The notes under the pieces: generated by a model
The model's input: only the letters and a program-made list of their open reading frames with translations
Told to the model about the DNA's origin: nothing
The model's database searches: none
Shown here: positions 25,836-38,609 of the stretch, in pieces
Layout of the letters: each line of letters starts with the position of its first letter
Position numbering within the stretch: position 1 is the stretch's first letter
Made by a program: the position numbers and the translations under genes
Origin: Squalus acanthias
Lineage: Eukaryota
Direction of reading: 5' to 3'
Length of the DNA: 64,000 nucleotides
Assembly: GCA_030390025.1 (NCBI GenBank)
Contig: CM059431.1
Location: forward strand, 99,202,001 to 99,266,000

Positions 25836-28800
25836 TAGGAACATAGAAGGCCATTCAGCCCTTTGAGCCTGTTCCGCCATTCAATGAGATCATGGCTGAT
25901 CTGCGACCTAACTCCATATACCCGCCTTCGGCCCATATCCCTTAATACCTTTGGTTAACAAAAAGCTATCAATCTCAGATTTAAAATTAACAATTGATCT
26001 AGCATCAATTGCCGTTTGCGGAAGAGAGTTCCAAACTTCTACCAGCCTTTCGCGTTTCCTAATTTCACTCCTGAAAGGTCTGGCTCTAATTTTTAGACGA
26101 TGTCCCCTAGTCCTAGAATCCCCAACCAGCAGAAATAGTTTCTCTCTATCGACCCTATCTGTTCCCCTTAATATCTTGAAAACTTCGATCAGATCACCCC
26201 TTAACCTTCTAAATTCTAGGGAGTACAACACTAATTTGTGTAATCTCTCCTCGTAACTTAACCCTTGGAGTCCGGGTATTATTCTGGTAAACCTCCAAGG
26301 CCAATATATCCTTCCTAAGGTGTGGTGCCCAGAACTGCTCACAGTGCTCCAGGTGTGGTCTAACCAGGGTTTTGTATAGCTGCAGCATAACTTCTACCCC
26401 CTTGGATTCTAGTCCTCTAGATATAAAGGCCAGCATTCCATTAGCCTTCTTGATTATTTTCTGTACCTGTTCATGATATTAAAACAGTGACTATACCTCA
26501 AAAGTACTTCATTGGCTATAACACGCTTTGGGACTGAGGCCGTGAAAGGCGCTATATAAATGAAAGCTCTTTCCTTTTCTTTTACATCTTTGATTCACAA
26601 CCTTTTCCTCCGCCTCTCTCTCCTCCTTTAAGATGCTCCTTGAAACCTACCTCTTTCATCAAGCCCTAATATCTTGTGTGGCTCGGTGTCAAATTTTGCT
26701 TGATAATCGCTCCTGTGAATCACCTTGAGATGTTTACTACGTTAAAGGCGCTGTATAAATACAAGTTGTTGTTATAGTTCTGGGGACAAAAGATTATTCG
26801 TACTCATATAAAGTCACAAAGATCCATGCTCTAGTGATTTTTAAAGACTGCAGTACTAACAACTTGTCTTCTCCTCGGAATTGGAATTCTCTTCCTTTTG
26901 ACTTGGAAATGATCCCAGAGTTTGGATGGTTATGGGAGTTGGGGACCAAGCCCCTACCATGCGATATCTGACGTCTATAATGGTGTCAGTCTAAGTTGCC
27001 ACTTTGCTGTCCTACACTTAGTTTCACAATTGTTGAGCACCAGTTACACTGCCCTGAATGGGTCCTGAGACTGACAGACTCGGACTACACCTACTTTGGA
27101 TGGTTTGCCAGGCTTGATGAGTAGGTAGCTCAATTGACTACTCATGTGAAAAGCGTATTTCTACCCCCAATTCTTGCTCAGCTTCGCCCACTAGACTGAT
27201 CTCGTCAGGGCCCATTCTCACTCCGGAGGGATTTTAAACTTTATTTATTCAGTGAATCATTGAATCTTACAGCACAGAAGGAAGCCATTCGGCTCGTCAT
27301 GCCTGTGCCGGCTCTTTGAAAGAGTTATCCAATTTTATCCGTCCCACACCTCAGCCTTTTCCCCATAACCTGGCATTAGTCCTCTTCAAGTACATGACCA
27401 ACTGCCTTTTGAAAGTTCCTGTGGAATCTGATTCAACCACCCTTTCAGGCAATGTGTTCCAGATCATAACAACCCTCTGTGTGAAGACATTTCTCCTCAT
27501 TTCCCCTTTAGTTCATTTGCCAATTATTTTAAATCTATAATCTCTGGCTACTGACCCACTTGCCAGAGGAATCAGTTTCTCCATCAAAACCCTTCATAAT
27601 TTTGAACACCTCTATTAAATCTCCCCTTAACTTTTTCTGCTCTAAGGAGAACAATCCCAGCTTCTCTAATCTCTCCACATAACTAAAGCCCCTCATCCCT
27701 GGTATCATCCTGGCAAACCTCCTCTGTACCCTGGTTCTTGTACAACTATGGGCATAGATTCAACAACAACAACTTGCATTTATATAGCACCTTTAACGGA
27801 GGAAAAGGTCCCAAGGCGCTTCACAGGAGTGTTATCAGACAAAAAACTGAAGTGAGTCAAAGAAAGTGATAATAGGAGGGGTGACTAAAAGCTCAATTTA
27901 AGAAGTAGGTTATTAGGTGGGTCTTAAAGGGGGAGAGGTTTAGGGAGACCTTAGGGCCCAGGCAACTGATCGCACGACCGCCAATGGTAGAGCGATGAAT
28001 CAGGGATGTATAAGAGGCCAGAATTGGAGGAGCGCAGAGATCTTGGAGGGTTGTAGGACTGGAGGAGGTGACAGAGATAGGGAGGGGGCGAGGCCATAGA
28101 GGGATTTGAACACAAGGATGAGAATTTTATATTCGAGGCGTTGCCGGACCGGGAGCTAAATTAGGTCAGCGAGCACAGGGATGATGGGCGAACGGGACTT
28201 GGTGCGGGTTAGGATATGGACAGCAGAGTTTAGGATGTTTATCTGGAGCGTTATCTGAAGAAGAATGAAGAGGAAAACTAGAAGAATATTTTTCGCACGG
28301 TTATTAGTACATGGCATGCTTTACCAGAAGTGGATAGGGAGATAGACATTGGAAGATCATTTAAAAGGAAATTGGACAACTTTGCAAAGAAAATAGAAAG
28401 ATTTGCATTTATATCGCGCCTTTCATGGCCACCGGACATCCCAAAGCGTTTCACAGCCAATGAAGTACCTTTTGAAGTGTAGTCACTGTTGTAATGTAGG
28501 AAACACGGCAGCCAGATTGCGCACAGCAAGCTCCCACAAACAGCAATGTGATAAGGACCGGATAATCTGCTTTTTAGTGATGTTGATTAAAATGTACGAG
28601 GATATAGAGATCGACCAGGGAACTGGGAATTACGAGCTGCAGTATGGCAGTAGAACGCAGTGATTCTACAACTTAAACTAGCAAAAGCTAAAGACAGCTG
28701 TAGGAAGTACAACATTTATTCAAATCTCTTTTTCTCTTGGGCATTAAAGAAAAATCCCTATCACTTCAATCTGCATGCTGGTTTCACCAAATGCACATAA

Positions 28801-29438
28801 CACAGACACTGTAGGCACATGGAAAGTACTGAGGAGTTTACCAGAAACAATATACAGCAATAAAAACGAGCAGATTAACTCAACGGGTAATGTGCTCCAA
28901 CCTCTGGATGAGAGTGGGAGAAAAAGGAGATGAAATAGAAGGCCGTTAGACATTTCAAAACTAGGGGCCATAAATATAAGATAGTCACTAATAAATCCAA
29001 TAAGCAATTCAGGAGAAACTTCTTTACTCAGCGAGTGGTGAGAATGTGGAACTCGCTACCACATGGTGTGGTGGGCTGGTATGGGAAAGAGGGGTTCCTT
29101 TTCATGGGATACTGGCACCAGTTCTGGGACAGGAAGGAGCTGTACCGATGGGACATGCTCCACCTGAACCGGGATGGGACCCGTGTCCTAGCGGAAAGGG
29201 TAAATAGAAGGGTGGCAAAGGCTTTAAACTAGTAAGCGGGGAGGGATCTACAAGAAACGCAAGCAGCCTAAATATAAACATTACAGGAAAAGTGAGCATA
29301 GGAAAGAATAAAGGGAGGACATTGACGGCAAGGGAGCAAATAGAGTTATAGAACAGGAGTCTAAAAAGATGGTTAAAGATAAAGTGAGAGGAAATCCTAT
29401 TAAAAATGAGTTAAACTGTCTGTATAGCAATGCACACA

Positions 29439-30104
29439 GGGGTAAAAATTGGGTAGCGCCCTGAAAAAGTTAGCGCCCCCGCGTCCGATTTTCCCAGGTA
29501 GCGCCCCGAGGGGGAGGCGGGGCGCTACTGGAAGCGCCCTCCGTCCCTCTTGGGGCGCTGCGAGCCAAAATCGCGGCGTTACTTGCTGCAGCGCCATGCG
29601 CTGTGGTATGTCGCGCCGCGGTACTGCAGGCCTTCCTCCCCTTCCTAAAGGGGAGGGGCCTGGCGCAGTGCGTCCCGGCGCCCAGCTGGGCCACCAGGGA
29701 TCGGGAGTGCCGGGCTCACAGAGAGCAGCCGGCACCCCGCGGGGGGGCTTCACGGGGGCGAGGGACAGCAACGGGGGCAGGTGCTAGCAGGCGGCCAGCA
29801 ACAAAAATGGCCACCTGCCACCTCCCCTTTAACTAGCGCCGCCCCGGCCGCAAGTAGGCCCCCCTGACCCCGGCGGACATAGCGTCCGGCGGTGAGTTGG
29901 GGGGCGCCACCCAATATTACAGCTGGGGTGCTGCACACGCGATGATGTCATCGCCAGCAACGCAGCGCCGCTAACGGTTAACTGCTGCCGCTAACCTCCC
30001 GCTGAATTTCGCGGGAGGCGTTGCGGCGCTGCGCCCAGTCGCTAGTTGATTTGCACCCCATTAGCGCGCTAACGGGAGGCGCAAATCAACCTAATTTAGC
30101 CCCC
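29439..30104. mobile_element. GC-rich non-autonomous DNA transposon (PIF/Harbinger-like MITE)
   Basis: Termini GGGGTAAAAATTGG and CCTAATTTAGCCCCC; 3-bp TSD ACA; interrupts the start of CR1 ORF2. Confidence 0.75.
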
Positions 30105-30564
30105 ACAGCTTCCAAAATAAAACGGGAGCTGGAGGCAATCATGCGTTGGGAGGAACCTGACATAGTACGGATTACTGAGACATGGCTACAGAAAAATCAG
30201 GACTGGGAATTAAACATTGCAGGGTATAACATATTTAGAAAAAAATGAGAAGTCGCACAACACCAGGTTATAGTCCAACAGATTTATTTAAAATTACAAG
30301 CTTTCGGAGCTATCGATCGCCCCTTCTTCAGGTAAAGTTACTATGAGTGAATCTACAAAAATTCACAGAATATAAACACAGAGAAAATGCAGAGATACAA
30401 TCTTTCCTTACATCAAAGACACACCAAGAGCACAGCCAAGACAATGAGATGTGTCCCAGGGGGTCCAACGTGTCAAAACCTGCTGTCTGCATATCCTCTC
30501 CATTTAGGTTTGTTTTTTGTGTTTGTTTTTTTTAAAAACTGGAAAGACAGACAACGATGTCAAG

Positions 30565-31800
30565 TCACGTTCTGTAGCGTGACATGAACCCGATATCCCT
30601 ATTGAGGCCGTCCTCATGAGTGCGGAACTTGGCTATCAGTTTCTGCTCGATGATTTTGCGTTGTCGTGTATCTCGAAGGCCGCCTTGGAGAACGCTAACC
30701 CGCAGATCCGAGGCTGAATGCCCTTGACTGCTGAAGTGTTCCCCGACTGGGAGGCAACCATCCTGCCTGGCGATTGTTGCGCGGTGTCCGTTCATACGTT
30801 GTCTCAGTGTCTGCATGGTCTCGCCGATGTACCATGCTCTGGGGCATCCTTTACTGCAACGTATCAGGTAGACAATGTTGGCCGAGTCACATGAGTATGT
30901 ACCATGTACCTGGTGGGTAGTGTCCTCACGTGTGATGACGGTATCTGTGTTCATGATTTGGCATGTCTTGCAGAGGTTGCCGTGGCAGGGTTTTGTGGTG
31001 TCGTGGTCGCTGTTCTCCTGACAGCTGGGTAATTTGCTGCGAACGATGGTACTTTTGAGGTTAGGCGGCTGCTTGAAGGCGAGTAGTGGAGGCGTGGGGA
31101 TGGCCTTAGCAAGGTGTTCGTTGTCATCGATGACATGTTGAAGGCTGTGAAGAACATGGCGTAGTTTCTCCGCTCTGGGGAAGTACTGGACGACGTAGGG
31201 TACTCTGTTGGTTGTGTCCCATGTTCGTCTTCTGAGGAGGTCTATGCGGTTTTTCGCTGTGGCCCGTCGGAACTGTCGATCGACGAGTCGAGCGTCATAA
31301 CCCGTTCTTACGAGGGCGTCTTTCAGTGTCCGTAGGTGTCCATCGCGTTCCTCCTCGTCTGAGCAGATCCTGTGTATTCGCAGGGCTTGTCCATAGGGGA
31401 TGGCTTCTTTAACGTGGTTAGGGTGGAAGCTGGAGAAGTGGAGCATCGTGAGGTTGTCCGTGGGCTTGCGATAGAGTGAGGTGCTGAGGCGTCCGTCTTT
31501 GATGGAGATTCGTGTGTCCAAGAATGAAACCGATTCTGAGGAGTAGTCCATGGTGAGTTTGATGGTGGGATGGAACCTGTTGATGCTATCGTGTAGTCCT
31601 TTCAGTGATCCTTCGCCGTGGGTCCAAAGGAAGAAGATGTCGTCGATGTATCTGGTGTACAGCGTTGGTTGGAGGTCCTGTGCAGCGAAGAAGTCTTGCT
31701 CGAACTTGTGCATGAAGATGTTGGCGTATTGGGGTGCGAATTTGGTCCCCATGGCTGTTCCGTGTGTTTGGGTAAAAAACTGGTTGTCGAAGGTGAAGAC
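30565..31800 (-). CDS. Partial PLE polyprotein: RT C-terminal part, Cys-rich linker and GIY-YIG endonuclease (about 411 codons, uninterrupted)
   Basis: GTAMGTKFAPQYANIFM, RYIDDIF, LYRKPT, CHGNLCKTC, NIVYLIRC...WYIGET, KIIEQKLI, GLN motifs. Confidence 0.9.
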   Translation of the reverse strand, partial: VFTFDNQFFTQTHGTAMGTKFAPQYANIFMHKFEQDFFAAQDLQPTLYTRYIDDIFFLWTHGEGSLKGLHDSINRFHPTIKLTMDYSSESVSFLDTRISIKDGRLSTSLYRKPTDNLTMLHFSSFHPNHVKEAIPYGQALRIHRICSDEEERDGHLRTLKDALVRTGYDARLVDRQFRRATAKNRIDLLRRRTWDTTNRVPYVVQYFPRAEKLRHVLHSLQHVIDDNEHLAKAIPTPPLLAFKQPPNLKSTIVRSKLPSCQENSDHDTTKPCHGNLCKTCQIMNTDTVITREDTTHQVHGTYSCDSANIVYLIRCSKGCPRAWYIGETMQTLRQRMNGHRATIARQDGCLPVGEHFSSQGHSASDLRVSVLQGGLRDTRQRKIIEQKLIAKFRTHEDGLNRDIGFMSRYRT

Positions 31801-32051
31801 ATAGAACGTGACTTGACATCGTTGTGTCTTTCCAGTTTTTAAAAAAAACAAGGACAAAAAACAAACACAAAAAACAAACCTAAATGGAGAGGATATGCAG
31901 ACAGCAGGTTTTGACACGTTGGACCCCCTGGGACACATCTCATTGTCTTGGCTGTGCTCTTGGTGTGTCTTTGATGTAAGGAAAGATTGTATCTCTGCAT
32001 TTTCTCTGTGTTTATATTCTGTGAATTTTTGTAGATTCACTCATAGTAACT

Positions 32052-32093
32052 TTACCTGAAGAAGGGGCGATCGATAGCTCCGAAAGCTTGTAA
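32052..32093 (+). ncRNA. Minimal type I hammerhead ribozyme motif in the PLE pseudo-LTR (second copy at about 30294-30335 on the minus strand)
   Basis: TTAC-CTGAAGA-A-GGGGC-gatcgata-GCTCC-GAAA-GC-TT-GTAA: stem I TTAC/GTAA, stem II, palindromic AGCT stem III. Confidence 0.75.
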
Positions 32094-35064
32094 TTTTAAA
32101 TAAATCTGTTGGACTATAACCTGGTGTTGTGCGACTTCTCATTTTTGTCCACCCCAGTCCAACGCCGGCATCTCCGCATCATATTTAGAAAAGATAGAGA
32201 AGGAAAAGGGGGAGGTGGAGTAGGTGTACTTATTAAGGATAACATAATGGCAGTGGAAAAAAGGGACGTAGATATCAGCAAGACAAAAATAGAATCCATA
32301 TGGATAGAAATAAAAGATAATAAAGGATCAGTCACACGAATAGGCGCAGTCTATAGACCACCTAATAGTGGAAGGGAGGTGGAGAAGAACTGCACAGACA
32401 AATTAGAGAAATTAGTAAAAAACAGAATAATAATCATGGGGGATTTCAACTACCCCGATATTAATTGGACAGAAGAGGTAGGTAAAGGGGATAAGGGAAT
32501 GGAGTTCCTACAATTGTACAGGACTCCTTTCTAACCCAATATGTAAAAAGCACAAGAAGGGAAGATTCACTATTGGATCTAGTTATGGGGAATGAGCCAG
32601 AGCAGATAAGAGAAGTAAAAGTAGGGAAACATAGAGGGAATAGTGACCATAATATAATATGCTTTAAGATGACAATAGAGAAGGACATAAGAATGATAAA
32701 AACCAAGTTAATAGATTGGAGAAAATCTGATTTTGAGGGGTTGATAATAGAATTTGGGAAGATAAAATGGGCAACAATATTGGCAAACAATGATGTAGAA
32801 TGACAATGGGAAACATTTAAAACGGTGTTCAACAGAGTGCAGGAAAAATATATTCCGCTAAAAGGAAAGAACAAACTAAACACTAATGAGACTCCATGGA
32901 TGAATAAAGACATAAGGAAACAATTGGGGTAAGGAAAGAGGCATACATTAAGTACATAGACAGCAGAGGAGTGCATGATGAGAGAGAATACGAAAGGATT
33001 AGGAGAGAAGTCAAAAAACAATTAGGAAGGAAAAAAGGAACTATGAAATTAAATTATCAAGGAACATAAAACAAAATAGTAAAATATTTTACAGGCACAT
33101 CAATAAAAAAAGGAAGGTTGGGATGGGAATAGGGCCATTAAGGGATAGTCAGGATAATACCACAGGTAACGATAGAGAGATGGCAGAGATATTAAATAAT
33201 TATTTTGCTTCAGTATTTACCAGGGAGATAGAACAGGTGGACATGAGATGAGTAATGAGATAAGTGCATTTAAAATAAAAAAGGGGATATATTAAATAAA
33301 CTAATCAAACTCAAAGAGGATAAACCCCCGGTCCGGATGGATTGCATCAACGCATTTTAAAAGAATCTAGGGAAGAGATAGCAGAGGCATTACTACACAT
33401 ATTTAATAATTCGTTAGAAAAAGGTGCAGTGCCAGAGGACTGGCGGACAGCTAACGCAATACCTATATTTAAGAAAGGGGATAGAACATGTTCAAGGAAT
33501 TATAGACCAGTCAGCTTAACATCAGTGGTAAGAAAAATAATGGAATCTCCATCAAAGGAGAGAATAGAAGAACATCTAGAAATGAAAAGTATAATAATGA
33601 ATAGTCAGCATGTATTTCAAGAGATTCCATTATTTTTCTTACCACTGATGTTAAGCTGACTGGTCTATAATTCCCTGAACATGTTCTATCCCCTTTCTTA
33701 AATATAGGTATTGTGTTAGCTATCCGCCAGTCCTCTGGCACTACACCACTACACCTTTTTCTAACTAATTATTAAATATGTGTATTTCAAGAGGGAAAAT
33801 CCTGCTTGACCAACCTAATTTGAATTTTTTGAAGAGGTAACAGAGAGAGTAGACAATGGTAATGCAAAAGATGTAATTTATCTAGATTTTCAAAAGGCCT
33901 TCAATAAGGTACCCCATAATAGACTAATGAATAAGGTCAGAGAATACGGAGTCAGGGGACAAGTAGCAGAATGGATTGCTGGTTGGCTTCAAGACAGAAA
34001 GCAGAGAGTGGGAGTAAAGGGCAGCTATTCACAGTGGCAGAAGGTGGTGTTCCACAAGGATCAGCTGGGACCACTGCTGTTCACAATTTACATTAACGAT
34101 TTAGACTTTGGAATCAAAAACACAATTTCTAAATTTGCGGATGACACCAAATTGGTGGGAATAGTCAATACTGAGGAGGACTGCAACAAATTACAGGAGG
34201 ACATTAATAAACTTGCAGAATGGGCAAATAATTGGCAAATGAAGTTCAACACAGACAAATGTGAGGTATTACATTTTGGTAGGAAGAATAGGGAGGTCAC
34301 TTATTACTTGGAGGGTGCGAGTCTAGGTGGGGTAGAGGAACAAAGGGATCTCGGAGTACAAATACACAAAATCACAAAGTTGCGCCACAGGTTAGCAAGG
34401 CCATTAAAAATGCAAACCAAGCACTAGGGTTTATTTCTAGAGGGATAGAATTGAAAAGTAGGGAAGTTATGCTAAACCTGTATCGAACCTTGGTTAGACC
34501 ACACTTGGAGTACTGCGTACAGTTCTGGTTCCCATATTATAAAAAGGATATAGAGGCATTGGAGAGGGTGCAGAGAAGATTTACAAGGTTGATACCAGAA
34601 ATGCGAGGGTATACCTATCAGGAAAGGATAGACAGGCTGGGTCTCTTTTCTCTTGAAAAAAGGCTGAGGGGTGACCTAATAGAGGTCTATAAAATTATGA
34701 AAGGTTTTGATAGAGTGGATACAGAGAGTTTCCACTTGTGGGGAAGAGCATAACTAGAGGCCATCAATATAAGATAGTCACCAAGAAATCCAATAGGGAA
34801 TTCAGAAGAAACTTCTTTACCCAAAGAGTGGTGAGAATGTGGAACTCGCTACCACAGGGAGTGGTTGAAGTGAATAGTATAGATGCATTTAAGGGGAGGC
34901 TGGACAAACATATGAGGGAGAAGGGAATAGAGGGCTGTGCTGATAGATTTAGATGAGGAAAGACGGGAGGAGGCTCGAGTGGAGCATAAACGCCGGCATG
35001 GACTGGTTGGGCCGAATGGCTTGTTTCTGTGCCGTATATCCTATGTAATTTTGAACGTTTACAG

Positions 35065-36925
35065 CATAAGAAATAGGAGCAGGAGTCGGCAATTTGGCCC
35101 CTCGAGCCTGCGCCGCCATTCTAGAAGATCATGGCTGATCTTCTATCTCAATTCCACTTTCCTGCACTATTCCCATATCCCTTGATATCAAAAAATCTAT
35201 CAATCTCTGTCTTGAATATACTCAACGACTGAGCCTCCACAGCCCTCTGGGGTAGAGAATTCCAAAGATTCACCACCCTCTGAGTGAAGAAATTTCTCCT
35301 CATCTCAGTCCTAAATGGCCGACCCCTTATTCTGAGACTGTGATCCCTGGTTCTAGACTCCCCAGCCAGGGGAAACATCCTCCCTGCATCTACCCTGTCA
35401 AGCCCTGTAAGAATTTTGTATGTTTCAATGAGATCACCTCTCATTCTTCTAAACTCGAGAGAATATAGGCCTCGTCTACTCAATCTCTCCTCATAAGACA
35501 ATCCCCCCAATCCCAGGAATCAGTCTGGTGAACCTTTGTTGCACTCCCTCTATGGCAAGTATATCCTTCTTAAGTAAGGAGACCAAAACTGTACACAATA
35601 CTCCAGGTGTGGTCTCACCAGGGCCCTATATAATTGCAGTAAGACATCTTTACTCTTATACTCAAATCCTCTTGTAATAAAGGCCAACGTGCCATTTGCT
35701 TTCCTAATTGCTTGCTGTACCTGCATGTTAACTTTCTGTGATTCGTGTACAAGGACACCCAGGTCCCTCTGAACACCAACATTTCCCAATCTCTCACCAT
35801 TTAAAAAATACTCTGCTTTTCTATTTTTCCTACCAAAGTTGATAACTTCACATTTCTCCACATTATATTCCATTTGCCAAGTTCTTGCCCACTCACTTAG
35901 CTTCTCTGTATCTCCTTGAAGCCTCCTTGCATCCTCCTCACAACTTACATTCCCACCCAGCTTTGTATCATCAGCAAACTTGGATATATTACATTGGTCC
36001 CCTCATCCAAATCATTGATATAGATTGTGAATAGCTGAGGCCCAAGCACTGATCCTTGTGGTACCCCCACTAGTTACAGCCTGCCAACTCGAAAATGACC
36101 CGTTTATTCCTACTCTCTGTTTTCTGTCCGTTAACCAATCCTCAATCCATGCTAGTATATTAACCGCAATCCCATGAGCCCTAATTTTGTTTAATAACCT
36201 CTTGTGTGGCACCTTACCGAATGCCTTCTGAAAATCCAAATACACCACATCCACTGGTTCCCCCTCATCTATTCTGCTAGTTACAACCTCAAAAAACTCT
36301 AACAGATTTGTCAAACACGATTTCCCTTTCATAAATCCGTGTTGACTCTGCCCAATCCTATTATTATTTTCTAAGTGCCCTGTTATCACGTCCTTAATAA
36401 AAGATTCTAGCATTTTTCCTACTACTGTCAGGCTAACTGGTCTGTAGTTCCCCGTTTTTTCTCTCCCTCCTTTCTTAAATAGTGGGATTACATTTTCTAC
36501 CTTCCAATCCGCGGGAACCGTTCAAGAATCTATGGAATTTTGAAAGATGACAACCAATGCATTCACTATCTCTATTGCCACCTCTTTCAAAACCTTAGGA
36601 TGTAGGCATTCAGGTCTAGGGGATTTATTGGCTTTCAGTCCCATTAATTTCTCCAGTACTATTTTTTTTTACTAATATTAATTTCTTTCAGTTCCTCATT
36701 CTCGCTAGATCCTTGGTTCTCCACTATTTCCGGGAATTTTTTTGCGTCTTCTTCCATGAAGACAGACACAAAGTATTTGTTTAATTTCTCTGCCATTTCC
36801 TTATTCCCCATTATAATTTCTCCTGTCTCAGCCTGTAAGGGACCCACATTTACTTGCGCTAATCTTTTCCTTTTTACATACCTATAGAAGTTTTTACAGT
36901 CTGTTTTTACTAGTTTACCCTCATA
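35065..36925 (-). mobile_element. Decayed 5'-truncated CR1 LINE
   Basis: RT fragments QHGFMKGKSCLTNL, YLDFQKAF, VRPHLEYC; CR1 3' tail. Confidence 0.88.
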
Positions 36926-38609
36926 ATCTATGGCCCATCATCTCTGTCCTGGCTCTTCGCTCGAGCAATCCAAATTAATTGTACAGCCCTGCTTTGTCCT
37001 CATAACACTACCTTCCTCTCCTTCAAATATTTAATCCCTTTTCCCCTAAAAAGATGCAATGGTCTCTTCTTCAACCAGTCTGTGCGCTGAAGCTTCCCAT
37101 GCTCCAACACATTTCTCTCCACTTCTCCTCTCTCACTCTCAGTGAGAATTTTAAACTGATGATCCGTCATTAATGACGCCGCAATGAAGGAAGTAGTCTT
37201 TCCCTATTCACCCAACCAAAACCCATCATACTTTTAAAAATCTATGAAATCTACTCTCCTCCAGTGGCAAAACTTTAAAAAAAAGTATTTGACAGCTTTT
37301 AAATTATTCCTTCGCTGCAAGTTTCTAAACAAAAATTGGGCAATGGCACAGTGACTGAATAGTGCTGCAGTAAAGTGACATTTTAAAACGAGCTTTAACA
37401 TTACATGGCATAACAAACATACGAAATTGAGGGGCAGGAAACAGACACTTCACACAGCTCCACATTCTTTGAGAAAGCCGCTGCGTCACAGCCGTTGTAC
37501 CTGTAGCCCAGTCTTTGTCTGGGGTTGTTAGCATGCCTGAGGACCAGGGTATACAGAACAGGCTGTTCCAGGGACTCAGTGACCCTCAACGCTCCCAAAA
37601 GATGGCAATGGTGCATCTTTAAACGACATGCTTGGTCAGGTTCACGAGAACTTTAATTGGTCACAAACAAGTGCTTTGAAGGTGATTTTAAAGCGTTTGG
37701 CAAATCGTTTCCTTTTGTTTACAAGTGCACAGTGTAGATCCTTGCACCATTGGCGTGATGTCAGAATAAAAACAGGCGACTTTCCTGCCTTTCTAAACAC
37801 TTTTGAATGAAGACAAGCCCTAGCACAACGGTTCACTTGCGAAAGCCCGGCCATGTGGCAGCCATGTCTCAGTGGGCAGCACCCTCGCCTCCAAGTCAGA
37901 AGGTTGTGGGTTCAGGTCCCACTCCAGGGACTTGAGCACAAAAATCTAGGCTGACACTCCCAGTGCAGTACTGAGGGAGTGCTGCACTGTTGGAGGTGCC
38001 GTCTTTCAGATGAGACGTTAAACCGAGGCCCCGAATTCTCTCTCAGGTGGACATAAAAGATCCCACAGCACTATTTCGAAGAAGAGCAGGGGAGTTCTCC
38101 CCGGTGTCCTGGGGCCAATATTTATCCCTCAACCAACATTACTAAAACAGATCATCAGGTCATTATCACAATGCTGTTTGTGGGAGCTTGCTGTGCTCAA
38201 ATTGGCTGCTGTGTTTCCTACATTACAACAGTAACTGCACTCCAAAAGTACTTCATTGGTTGTAAAGTGCTTTGGGACGTCCTGAGGTCGCGAAAGGCGC
38301 TGTAGAAATGCAATTATTTCTTATTTTTGATACGGAATAGATGGTCCAAGGATCCAATTCACAGTATGTGTGGAGTTAGTTAATCTTGGTTGGGGCAACT
38401 ATTGGGAAAATCAGCTAATGTCCCTGCTACTGACACCTGTCCTGTTGGAAGATCCCCATGTGTGGAAGTCGTGCGTGGGTAGGAGAAGGTGTGCCCTCAT
38501 AGTTGAAGGGTCTGTCGACACTCACTTTCGAGCCTCACTTAAGAATGGCCACTTGGATGAAGTGTTAAAGTTAAAACCTACAACAGTGGAATTGTACAGA
38601 ATTGATATA

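Larger units (their letters stand above)
30243..32179 (-). mobile_element. Penelope-like retroelement (Neptune-like), 5'-truncated, with inverted pseudo-LTR
   Basis: RT and GIY-YIG coding sequence; inverted arms 30243-30573 and 31803-32145 plus tail; TSD CATATTTAGAAAA at 30230-30242 and 32180-32192. Confidence 0.92.
29070..35050 (+). mobile_element. Near-full-length decayed CR1 LINE (ORF1 esterase C-terminus, AP endonuclease, RT, 3' UTR) hosting a MITE and a PLE
   Basis: ORF1-like LHLNRDGT; ORF2 pieces ITETWL, VYRPP, MGDFNYP, SDHN, YRPVSLT, KFADD; many stops and frameshifts. Confidence 0.88.

Noticed and set aside
31801..32040. N-terminal domain of the 491-aa PLE ORF
   Set aside because: Antisense reading of the inverted pseudo-LTR, duplicated at 30347-30573.
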